Positions 29,517 through 36,693 are shown, numbered from the stretch's first letter. The stretch is DNA of 64,000 nucleotides from a virus (IMGVR_UViG_3300035698_029829:7427-71426); one strand, 5' to 3'. Numbers and translations: made by a program. Notes: generated by a model from the sequence alone, not told the origin.

Positions 29517-30059
29517 TTAGTCAGTCGAGTGAAAGAAAATGGAAATTATTGCGTTGACAGTTGTGTTGGCTGAACTCCACAGCGTAAGCACGGTGTTCTT
29601 CGGGAGGATCAGATCAGACTTCCAGACGAACTTCCTTGTGCCTTCCAGGGCCAAAAAACTTATGCGGTCAACCTCATCGCCGGTGGTCAGTTGCAAATCG
29701 TCGCCCTGCTGACAAACACAATCTGCCAACCGACCGGACCCCACATTGCGATTCACCGGTACTAGGTCGGTAGGAGCGTTGGGAGTCCCAGCATTGCGAA
29801 TCTCAGTATATAACTCCGTATCGGCTAAAACGAACGCCTTGATGCTGCTGATAAATAGATCGGTGTCGGACTCGTTCTTAATGAAAAGAAGGCACTTGTT
29901 CACGCCTCCGGCAGCCTGGTCCAACACGACCGAGTAGGCGTCCCCGTGCTCATGGTTTACATGATGCTGTAGTTCGACGGCAATGGCATTCGTCAACAGC
30001 ATATTCTCATTGGTCACTTTTGCACCGTGACCACCACCAGACGCGTCTTTAATAATCAT
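29517..30059 (-). CDS. Hypothetical protein (possibly structural)
   Basis: 180-aa ORF in operon. Confidence 0.6.
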   Translation of the reverse strand: MIIKDASGGGHGAKVTNENMLLTNAIAVELQHHVNHEHGDAYSVVLDQAAGGVNKCLLFIKNESDTDLFISSIKAFVLADTELYTEIRNAGTPNAPTDLVPVNRNVGSGRLADCVCQQGDDLQLTTGDEVDRISFLALEGTRKFVWKSDLILPKNTVLTLWSSANTTVNAIISIFFHSTD

Positions 30060-30262
30060 CCTGGTTCTCCTTCTGTGTCTTCCTCGCCCAGTTTCTCTCC
30101 GGCAAACTCAGCAAGATAAAGGTTGGTTTTAACCGCCTCAATCAAGATCAATTCCAAAAGCTCCCTGGTGTCCAGATTCTTCAGGTCGGCAAGGGTAAGT
30201 AATGTCCCGTCTGTCGCCTGGATTTTGGTAGACTTAAAATGACTCACTAGACAATCCACCAT
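30056..30262 (-). CDS. Hypothetical protein
   Basis: Overlaps next gene by 4 nt. Confidence 0.5.
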   Translation of the reverse strand: MVDCLVSHFKSTKIQATDGTLLTLADLKNLDTRELLELILIEAVKTNLYLAEFAGEKLGEEDTEGEPG

Positions 30263-30344
30263 TCAGTTTTCCACTTGTTATCTTCTTCGGGAAGGCTGTT
30301 CGTCTGCCACTGAATAGAGCGTCGCTCAAACTTCAAGAAAATGA

Positions 30345-30426
30345 TGCCCAGAGGGGGATTCGAACCCCCACGCCCGAAGGCCCTGGCGTTTGAAACCAGG
30401 TCGTCTGCCAATTCCGTCATCTGGGC
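30345..30426 (-). tRNA. tRNA-Leu(CAA)
   Basis: Loop TT-CAA-AC, variable arm. Confidence 0.9.
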
Positions 30427-30501
30427 TTAGGTTTGTTGATAGTGAAACGGGAAATATGAGACACAAAAGGATTTGTTGCTAGTGGACGAGACACAAACTG
30501 A

Positions 30502-30574
30502 AGCGGGCAATGGGACTCGAACCCACGACCTTCTGCATGGCAAGCAGATGCTCTACCAACTGAGCTATACCCGC
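30502..30574 (-). tRNA. tRNA-Gly(GCC)
   Basis: Loop TT-GCC-AT, U73. Confidence 0.92.
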
Positions 30575-30768
30575 ATATCGTAAAACTCCACCACGCACGG
30601 CACCAGGTCTCCGGCGTCCGGCAACGACGGCCTAAAGCCGTCCTCACGCGCCTTAAACCCATCGAAAACGGCTTGTACGGCCCGCGCCTCGGCGTCCTCG
30701 CAGCTCTCGGCATCGAGGATAAGCCCCAGTTCATAGCCGTACCCTCGCCGCTTGTTCAAAAGCAGCAC
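30565..30768 (-). CDS. Hypothetical protein
   Basis: TAG stop is U8-A9-G10 of tRNA-Gly. Confidence 0.45.
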   Translation of the reverse strand: MLLLNKRRGYGYELGLILDAESCEDAEARAVQAVFDGFKAREDGFRPSLPDAGDLVPCVVEFYDMRV

Positions 30769-30832
30769 GTGGTACGCCCTGGTGGTCTTCTTCTTCGTCA
30801 GACTACCCTTTGTCTTCGAAAAATACCAAAAA

Positions 30833-31258
30833 TCAGTCCTTCTTTAGCAGATCGTACCCGTAATACCAAGCCCTTTCAGCCTCACGGTAATCACGCAGCC
30901 AACGGTTGTTGCGCTCCCGCAAATAGCTCTCGGTCGGCGAAAGGGGGTACCGGCACTCCCTGCCTTCCTTAGCAGCCCGGTAACCCGCCTTAATGGCGCG
31001 TTCGAGATCTCGATAAGCCCACTCGGTCAGCAGGTGTTCAAAGGGAATGAATCCCCGTCCTCGGTAAAGTTCGCGGCGCTCTTCCTTGCAGCGCTTCGCC
31101 GCCGCGCGCAAGCGCCGGACCTCGATATGGATGATTTCGGGGTAGCGGCCACGCCAACGCGCACGTCGGGTGCTCTTGTGGTGGTAATTCTCTTCGGATT
31201 GGAGGTTCCGGCGCACCGGAACGGGCGGAATGCCGTCACGCTTCTCGTACTTACCCAT
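30833..31258 (-). CDS. Arg-rich hypothetical protein
   Basis: SD AAGGA; downstream of promoter at 31374. Confidence 0.55.
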   Translation of the reverse strand: MGKYEKRDGIPPVPVRRNLQSEENYHHKSTRRARWRGRYPEIIHIEVRRLRAAAKRCKEERRELYRGRGFIPFEHLLTEWAYRDLERAIKAGYRAAKEGRECRYPLSPTESYLRERNNRWLRDYREAERAWYYGYDLLKKD

Positions 31259-31390
31259 GTTGGTTTCCTTTCGGTTATGCTAAACCTAAAAACCGCATGG
31301 GTTCCTCCTTTCAGTTGTGTGAACGCACAAAGCGCGATCTTGCAGACAGCATCATCGCAGAGCACACAAGGTTTGTCAAGAACTTTTTGA

Positions 31391-31462
31391 AGCGGACGAC
31401 GGGAATCGAACCCGCAATAAGCAGCTTGGAAGGCTGCCGCCGTACCATTTGGCTACGTCCGC
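31391..31462 (-). tRNA. tRNA-Gly(TCC)
   Basis: Loop CT-TCC-AA, U73. Confidence 0.92.
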
Positions 31463-31722
31463 GCACACACTTCGGCTTTGTACCGCTCATACTCGCTTCG
31501 AAGCCAATTTTGGATGTTCTCCATGTCTTCGTCATCCATCAAACCATCGTGAATGCAGGCAACAAGGGCTTTGACGAGGACACCATCTCTGATCTTTGGA
31601 TCAAATGTCTCCACCAAAGTAATTACCTTGCCGGTCGCCTCGCTAATGTCAGCCACTTTATCGCAGAGATCATCAAATTTTTCAGATTCGAGTCTCTTTT
31701 GAAGGTCGATAAGATTGTCCAT
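31453..31722 (-). CDS. Hypothetical protein
   Basis: SD GGGAGG; TAG stop is U8-A9-G10 of tRNA-Gly. Confidence 0.6.
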   Translation of the reverse strand: MDNLIDLQKRLESEKFDDLCDKVADISEATGKVITLVETFDPKIRDGVLVKALVACIHDGLMDDEDMENIQNWLRSEYERYKAEVCART

Positions 31723-31743
31723 AGCACCTCCCAACACTACTGA

Positions 31744-31827
31744 TGCGAACGGGGGGAATCGAACCCCCACAACCGTAAGGTCACAGGCATCTCGGGCCTG
31801 CGTGTCTACCAGTTCCACCACGTTCGC
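31744..31827 (-). tRNA. tRNA-Leu(GAG), C33 copy
   Basis: Loop CC-GAG-AT, variable arm. Confidence 0.85.
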
Positions 31828-31831
31828 AAAC

Positions 31832-31914
31832 TGGAGCCGGGCATCCGGAGTTGAACCGGAAAGCAGCAAACTCGTCTCTCCAACCCTGGAGATCACCCAG
31901 GTGGACTACCCGAC
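31832..31914 (-). ncRNA. tRNA-like RNA with 8/5 fold and no 7-nt anticodon loop
   Basis: GTCGGGTA/TGCCCGGC, T arm TCCGG-TTCAACT-CCGGA, U73-CCA; TCTCCA-GGGT-TGGAGA in place of anticodon arm. Confidence 0.6.
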
Positions 31915-31925
31915 ACGAAAGGTGA

Positions 31926-32009
31926 TGTGGTCGGGGGGAGTCGAACCCCCACCCCCTCGCGGGGACCAGGTTCTGAACCTGGCGTGGCTGCCAGTTACAC
32001 CACGACCAC
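31926..32009 (-). tRNA. tRNA-Leu(CAG)
   Basis: Loop TT-CAG-AA. Confidence 0.9.
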
Positions 32010-32018
32010 AGAAGACAA

Positions 32019-32102
32019 TGCGACCGAGAGGATTCGAACCTCCACCCCGTTGCCAGGACCAGCCCCTCAAGCTGGCGTGTCTACCAGTTTCACCACGGTC
32101 GC
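32019..32102 (-). tRNA. tRNA-Leu(GAG), second copy
   Basis: Loop TT-GAG-GG. Confidence 0.9.
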
Positions 32103-32110
32103 ATAAAATA

Positions 32111-32190
32111 GGCAGAGGGTATCGCGAGGATATGTGCGCTGCGCCTCCGGTTTCACTTGGCCTTCGCTACTTTCCGGGACCCTTTCTGCC
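32111..32190 (-). ncRNA. Small RNA carrying a capped GCGCAGCGCA...CCTCGC module
   Basis: Closing stem GGCAGA-AGGGT/ACCCT-CTGCC; 21-nt block identical to 51310-51330. Confidence 0.6.
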
Positions 32191-32193
32191 ACT

Positions 32194-32277
32194 TGCTCAC
32201 GAGAGGACTCGAACCTCCACGGGGTTACCCCCATACGGGCCTAAGCCGTATGTGTCTACCAGTTCCACCACGCGAGC
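32194..32277 (-). tRNA. tRNA-Leu(TAG)
   Basis: Loop CT-TAG-GC. Confidence 0.9.
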
Positions 32278-32287
32278 ATAAAATCGG

Positions 32288-32497
32288 TCAATCTGGTCGT
32301 ATCCAATCAGAAGCCTTCCGCTGATGTTTGTAATCCTGCGACCGCTCTAAAACCTTCTTCTCCTCCAACTTCGTGCCACAGCTCATCACAATCCAGCCAT
32401 CCACGCCCTTGATCTTCAAAGCCTTCCCCTTCTTTGCGAAGCGTTGGGGAAGCCAAGCGGTTTTACGCGCCGAGCCTCGGGAAAGATTGCACTGCAC
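32288..32497 (-). CDS. Small hypothetical protein
   Basis: Short ORF. Confidence 0.45.
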   Translation of the reverse strand: MQCNLSRGSARKTAWLPQRFAKKGKALKIKGVDGWIVMSCGTKLEEKKVLERSQDYKHQRKASDWIRPD

Positions 32498-32505
32498 GTA
32501 CAGAA

Positions 32506-32748
32506 TTAGACCGGCCTCCTAATTTCTAACTGGTTCGCTTTCACCATCAAATCACCACCCGGGTTCAGCACCACTTCGAGTTCCTTTGGGAAGTGTATCT
32601 TTAGCGCCCCTTCATACTTAAAAATCCTGATTTCCCCATCCAAGCCATCCTCGGGGATGATGGGGATGTCGACCTCGAAAACCTCCGCTTCCTCGCGCAA
32701 CTCGGGTTTTCGCGCCTGCTCCTCGTCTCGAATCAAAATTACGCGCAT
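32506..32748 (-). CDS. Small hypothetical protein
   Basis: SD GAGGAGG. Confidence 0.55.
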   Translation of the reverse strand: MRVILIRDEEQARKPELREEAEVFEVDIPIIPEDGLDGEIRIFKYEGALKIHFPKELEVVLNPGGDLMVKANQLEIRRPV

Positions 32749-32790
32749 GACAAGTCCTCCTCAATACCTATCTTACCACGCGCGAGCTAA

Positions 32791-32872
32791 TGCGAGGCAG
32801 GGGATTCGAACCCCTACGCCCGAAGGCCCTCGGGTTTAGGCCGAGGTCGTCTGCCAATTCCGTCAGCCTCGC
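32791..32872 (-). tRNA. tRNA-Leu(TAA), C33
   Basis: Loop CC-TAA-AC. Confidence 0.88.
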
Positions 32873-32890
32873 ATAGATAATAAAAATAGG

Positions 32891-32991
32891 AGGGACTGGC
32901 CCCAGTCGCCTTGGCCATCAACGAACGGGGAAAACAGGCCGACGCCGCTCACACGCCCTTAAAGCGTGCGCTTCCGCCGGTGCCGCAGTCC
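32891..32991 (-). ncRNA. Candidate structured ncRNA
   Basis: GGACTG/CAGTCC closure, CACGC/GCGTG hairpin, pyrimidine-rich loop closed by GGCC/GGCC. Confidence 0.4.
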
Positions 32992-33002
32992 ACATTGAAA
33001 GT

Positions 33003-33080
33003 TGGTCGGGGTGGCCGGACTCGAACCGGCGGCTCCACGGTCCCGAACCGTGTACTCTAAACCAACTGAGCTACACCCCG
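33003..33080 (-). tRNA. tRNA-Pro(CGG)
   Basis: Loop TT-CGG-GA, CCA; near-identical to tRNA-Pro(GGG) at 24319. Confidence 0.92.
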
Positions 33081-33083
33081 AAA

Positions 33084-33160
33084 TGGTCGGAGCACGGGGA
33101 TTCGAACCCCGGACCCTCGGCTCCCAAAGCCGATGCGCTACCAGACTGCGCTATGCTCCG
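33084..33160 (-). tRNA. tRNA-Pro(TGG)
   Basis: Loop TT-TGG-GA, CCA. Confidence 0.92.
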
Positions 33161-33172
33161 ATAATATCCCGG

Positions 33173-33284
33173 CCCCCGCCCATTGGGAAATCAGGACTCG
33201 AACCTGAGCGACCGGGGGTGACCTGCTCTACCAGTTGAGCTACCAAGGCAAGCCTTGGACGGGGCTTGAACCCGCGTCTTGGTC
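33173..33284 (-). ncRNA. Circularly permuted tRNA-elbow RNA with a second T-arm module
   Basis: GACC, T arm, CCAAGG-CTTG-CCTTGG closed acceptor, D arm, GGTC; then CCCCCG/CGGGGG enclosing another T arm. Confidence 0.7.
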
Positions 33285-33285
33285 T

Positions 33286-33361
33286 TGGTGGACAGAACCG
33301 GGATCGAACCGGCGACATTCGCCTTGCAAGGGCGACGCTCTTCCAACTGAGCTACCTGCCC
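33286..33361 (-). tRNA. tRNA-Ala(TGC), second copy
   Basis: G3-U70, loop CT-TGC-AA, CCA. Confidence 0.9.
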
Positions 33362-33419
33362 ATACAATAATAGAAGTCCAACGGGGACTCGAACCTCAGA
33401 CCTAATCCATTCATCAAAT

Positions 33420-33522
33420 TGGCCCGCCTGTCAGGGATTGAACCTGATTGCCAATCAAAGCGTCATCGTAAGCTACTCAAGTCTGCTTTGATCGTTCACA
33501 GCAACCAAATGCTGTCAGGCAG
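33420..33522 (-). ncRNA. tRNA-like RNA with greatly enlarged anticodon arm
   Basis: CTGCCTG/CAGGCGG, G73-CCA, ACAGC/GCTGT D arm, 9-bp stem around a 23-nt loop, T arm. Confidence 0.6.
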
Positions 33523-33527
33523 TTAAG

Positions 33528-33602
33528 TTACCAGGGAAGGAATCGAACCTCCAGTCTTCGAGCTTTTAACGACTCGACGCGCTACCACTGCACCACCCGG
33601 TA
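33528..33602 (-). tRNA. tRNA with expanded (8-10 nt) anticodon loop, identity unclear
   Basis: TACCGGG/CCTGGTA, normal D and T arms, TCGAG-TCGTTAAAAG-CTCGA. Confidence 0.65.
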
Positions 33603-33606
33603 TTAG

Positions 33607-33681
33607 TGGTGCGCCAGGTAGGAATTGAACCCACGTGGGCGGAGTTAGAACCCGCTGCCTAAACCATTCGGCCACTGGCGC
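33607..33681 (-). tRNA. Amber suppressor tRNA (CTA)
   Basis: GCGGG-TT-CTA-AC-TCCGC anticodon arm, intact cloverleaf, A73-CCA. Confidence 0.8.
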
Positions 33682-33685
33682 ACAC

Positions 33686-33711
33686 GTCGGGGGGTCACCC
33701 CCCCGACAAAC
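33686..33711 (-). terminator. GC-rich hairpin between PTH-like gene and suppressor tRNA
   Basis: GTCGGGGGG/CCCCCCGAC inverted repeat; no U-tract on minus strand. Confidence 0.35.
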
Positions 33712-33717
33712 TAGTTG

Positions 33718-34017
33718 TCAAAGAAGCCTGAGCCGATCCAGGTCGGTCTCCAGGCCAGGGGGCGTTCCGACGAACGCCAACGAGGTTGTTTGATCATCAA
33801 AGTAGGGCTCGCAGAAGGTAGCAAAGCTATGCTTCGCATCGCCGAGACTGACCTCCCACTTACGCAGGTGCGCCTCGTCCTTCACGCCGAGCGCCACGAT
33901 GGTGTCATTCCAGCCAACGGGGTTACCGCCCTTGAGCAGCTCTGCCACTGCGTGACAGGACTGAACGAGTCGCTGGGACGCGGTCAAATCACGCCTGGTG
34001 AGTATGAAGAGTTTCAT
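33718..34017 (-). CDS. Peptidyl-tRNA hydrolase type 2-like protein
   Basis: KLFIL.RRDL....VQSCHA, IVAL.V.DE, F.EP......TSLA; SD AAGGAGG. Confidence 0.65.
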   Translation of the reverse strand: MKLFILTRRDLTASQRLVQSCHAVAELLKGGNPVGWNDTIVALGVKDEAHLRKWEVSLGDAKHSFATFCEPYFDDQTTSLAFVGTPPGLETDLDRLRLL

Positions 34018-34426
34018 TGGTCTCCTCCTTCTCAACAGGCCACGGAATACGGAAGTCATCCGCCTCACTGAGCACGAAAGGTGCGCAATAATCGCGAACC
34101 ATCTCACCGAAGAGCCGTTCGATGCGCCGGAGAATCTCCTCGCGACGGGGTTCATTCCCTTGCCGGTTCGTCTGTTCGATCTGCCGGAGGGAGCGCCCGC
34201 GCACAAGACAGTACGCCAGGTGGTTATACCGGAAGTCCTGGCTGTCATACTCTGCACGTTTGCCCTCACGCCGTTGCGCTTTGATGGATTCCGCGAGTTT
34301 TTTCTGGGATGCCTTAACCGCTGCGATCTTCGTTTTGAGATCGGCTACTGTCTCCTCCGTAAAGGGTGAGGTGAAACGGGTTGTTTCGCTCGGAGAAGGT
34401 TCGAGTTGCTTGGCTACCTACGTCAT
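33989..34426 (-). CDS. Hypothetical phage protein with in-frame TAG at codon 3
   Basis: GGAGG-ATG-ACG-TAG then 71 open codons to GTG 34204; RYNHLAYCLVRGRS..QIE motif starts upstream of that GTG. Confidence 0.5.
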
Positions 34427-34514
34427 GATCTTTTCCTCCAGTCAGTTGGTTGTTTGCGCCGGTCAAGTCCGGCCGTTTATTACGAAGCCAATGTAAGGCT
34501 TCTTGTGGAGTTTG

Positions 34515-35075
34515 TCAAGAGTTTACCTCTATTTTTTTCGTGTAAGTGAGCTTGCGGGTTTCAGAATCCACATCCATCGTCCCGTATTCTACGAGATCTC
34601 GGTTGCCCACCATGCGCTCCGCGATCTCCCTCCAGGTCAACCCAAACGCCCGATACTCGTTAGAGCCGGTACCCATATACCCCCACGAACCACTACTGAA
34701 TGGACGAAAGATGCAGGTAATGTGAGCCTTGATGCCCTGGGCGCTCAATTTATCCCACTCGGCGCGGAACAGATGCGCCTCAAAACCCAGCTTCCGAAGG
34801 CGATCCCGACAAAACCAGGCCATGTCCTCGCAATCGCCGCCCCCGTGCAACCAGGTCTCCTCGGGCGAGGCAGCATGGTCCACCTCGTCGAAGATGTACC
34901 GCATCCGCAGGAGCCAGAAGGTCCACGTGCGCCATGGCGTTGTTGCGTACCTCTCGAAGTCCTGGTACATCTGGATATTCCGGTAGCACCAACCCACGAG
35001 GACATCGCGGACGGTGTAAAGCCTGTCAAGCCATTTCTGGGATGCCTGCTTATTCATCGTGCGCCTCCAAAGCAA
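34515..35075 (-). CDS. Transglutaminase-like cysteine protease-fold protein
   Basis: SPEET...GGGDCED, downstream His (AHIT). Confidence 0.65.
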   Translation of the reverse strand: MLWRRTMNKQASQKWLDRLYTVRDVLVGWCYRNIQMYQDFERYATTPWRTWTFWLLRMRYIFDEVDHAASPEETWLHGGGDCEDMAWFCRDRLRKLGFEAHLFRAEWDKLSAQGIKAHITCIFRPFSSGSWGYMGTGSNEYRAFGLTWREIAERMVGNRDLVEYGTMDVDSETRKLTYTKKIEVNS

Positions 35076-35078
35076 ATT

Positions 35079-35154
35079 TGGTAACCGGAGTGAGACTCGA
35101 ACTCACGACCCCCGCCTTATCAGGACGATGCTCTACCAACTGAGCTACCCGGCT
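35079..35154 (-). tRNA. tRNA-Ile(GAT)
   Basis: Loop CT-GAT-AA, CCA. Confidence 0.88.
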
Positions 35155-35161
35155 TTAATAT

Positions 35162-35575
35162 TCAGTATTTACCACTATATACCTTGAAATGTCGAGCCGG
35201 AAGCGGCCTCGTTACCACCAAAAAAGCAGGAAGACCTAGTTCCTTGGTCTGATCAAGCTCGTCTTGCACATTTTTGCCTATTCCGTCTTCAGGATCAACG
35301 GCTAGAACAGAAACAGGCACTTTCTTCAATAAAAGCACAGTGTCACACCCACGTTCATTAGCAAACCACTCAGCATTTTCAGAAAAAGTAGTGACATAAA
35401 GGTAGCGCGGTTGCCCTTGGTTGCCCCCTGGCAACACCTGGTTGGGTCGCCAGCCGTTCTTCACCATCAATTTGGCACTATCCATACAGGTGCCGTGATA
35501 GAGGTCGATAGTTTGCGCACCCTCATCAAGAGCCCACTCTGCTAAAATCTCGTCTACGCTGCGTTCGTCTTTCAT
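35162..35575 (-). CDS. ADP-ribosyltransferase-like small protein
   Basis: LYHGT...G....YLYVT....A..FA pattern; N-terminal RSVDEIL..W.LDE leader. Confidence 0.5.
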   Translation of the reverse strand: MKDERSVDEILAEWALDEGAQTIDLYHGTCMDSAKLMVKNGWRPNQVLPGGNQGQPRYLYVTTFSENAEWFANERGCDTVLLLKKVPVSVLAVDPEDGIGKNVQDELDQTKELGLPAFLVVTRPLPARHFKVYSGKY

Positions 35576-35579
35576 GCCT

Positions 35580-35876
35580 CTATCTTTGCTTCAACACCTG
35601 GTACACGTGCCACAGTGCACCGTCGTAGTCGAATCGCTCCCCGCACCACGGCGTAGTGCTCTCCGGCTGATTCCACGGCCTGTTGATGCACACCGGATAG
35701 CCACCAAGGCGCTCTATCTCCGCGAGATTCCCCGTGAAATCGTCGACGCCCACATCGCCGGGCGCGAAGATCGGGAACTTCTCCGGGCCGACGCATAACT
35801 TGTTCGCCAAGTCCTCACCCAACTCTCGCGCCACCAAGCACCGCTTCGCCACATAATCCTCGGGGTCGTAGACCAT
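35580..35876 (-). CDS. 5'(3')-deoxyribonucleotidase-like C-terminal fragment
   Basis: K....GDVGVDD...N, PWNQ; N-terminal DxDG motif not seen. Confidence 0.45.
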   Translation of the reverse strand: MVYDPEDYVAKRCLVARELGEDLANKLCVGPEKFPIFAPGDVGVDDFTGNLAEIERLGGYPVCINRPWNQPESTTPWCGERFDYDGALWHVYQVLKQR

Positions 35877-35979
35877 TGAGAAGAACAGAAAGAGGACGCT
35901 GTGCTGCTTCGCGAGTTCAAGCGTCGCTCGAACAAACTCCCGCGCGTCAGGGTAAAAGGGTGACCGCCACCACAGATGA

Positions 35980-36052
35980 TGGGCCTGACTGGACTCGAAC
36001 CAGCGGCCATCCGGTTATGAGCCGGGGGCTCTACCAACTGAGCTACAGGCCC
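35980..36052 (-). tRNA. tRNA-Ile2/Met(CAT)
   Basis: Loop CT-CAT-AA; GGGCCTG acceptor is Ile-like. Confidence 0.85.
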
Positions 36053-36056
36053 GCAC

Positions 36057-36407
36057 TTAGCCCTTGGCGAACGTCAACATCTCATCGACGAATCGTCCGT
36101 AGTAAAGGTCGTTGATCCATACGTAGTCCCAGTCGGGCTCAAAAGCATCGTCTTCCAGATCTTCGCCCGCTATGATCCTCTCCTCGATGAGGTGCATCCA
36201 ATCGTAGAGATAAATCACAAACGTACCATCCGACAGCTTTACCGACGCAAAGCGGGCAAATTTGCCTGGGTTCTCCGGCGTGCCGTCGCCCCCGAAGAAT
36301 TTCGCTATAACGCCGACGGACTTCTCCTTGTCGCCGTCCGCATAAGTGAAGACAGGTGCAAAGACGAACCCCAGCTTGACTTCGGGTCTATCCTTTACGT
36401 GAATCAT
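36057..36407 (-). CDS. Hypothetical protein
   Basis: SD GGAGG. Confidence 0.6.
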   Translation of the reverse strand: MIHVKDRPEVKLGFVFAPVFTYADGDKEKSVGVIAKFFGGDGTPENPGKFARFASVKLSDGTFVIYLYDWMHLIEERIIAGEDLEDDAFEPDWDYVWINDLYYGRFVDEMLTFAKG

Positions 36408-36461
36408 GAGACGCCTCCAATGCGTTTACCGCATGACTACATCTTACCAGGTCAAATGTTC

Positions 36462-36593
36462 TGACCGCGAGAGTTGGCGGTAACGGTGATTACTACGGGG
36501 ATCGAACCCGCATGACCCTTTCGGGTCGTCAGTTTTGTGGACTGATGCCTAAACCAATTCGGCGAAGTAACCGGTACCTGTGCTGCGCGGCCA
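36462..36593 (-). ncRNA. Y RNA-like module carrying a complete class II tRNA (anticodon ACA)
   Basis: TGGCCGCG/CGCGGTCA, CAGCACAG/CGCCAACTCT loop, N8 stem continuous with acceptor GGTTACT/AGTAATC. Confidence 0.72.
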
Positions 36594-36612
36594 AGACAAG
36601 ACGAGATGCTGA

Positions 36613-36688
36613 CGGGGCCAGTGGGATTCGAACCCACGATTTCTTACGTGACAGGCAAGCGGGAACGACCAGACTTCCCTATGACCCC
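36613..36688 (-). tRNA. tRNA-Asp(GTC)
   Basis: Loop CT-GTC-AC, G73. Confidence 0.88.
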
Positions 36689-36693
36689 ATAAA

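Larger units (their letters stand above)
15596..35933. promoter_or_regulatory. Palindromic motif GTTCGAGCG-N-CGCTCGAAC and half-conserved variants
   Basis: At about 15596, 28116, 30318, 35915, all upstream of minus-strand genes; also 4197 inside a CDS. Confidence 0.4.

Noticed and set aside
31832-31914. tRNA-Sec or tRNA-Pyl call
   Set aside because: No UCA or CUA anticodon loop and discriminator is U; kept only as a tRNA-like RNA.
33372-33410. Isolated T-arm-like hairpin (GAGG-TTCGAGT-CCCC)
   Set aside because: No matching acceptor or D arm found; treated as a decayed remnant.
35885-35912. GAAGCAGCACAG as a sixth Y module
   Set aside because: Lacks the GCG closure, N8 partner strand and TACTTC.
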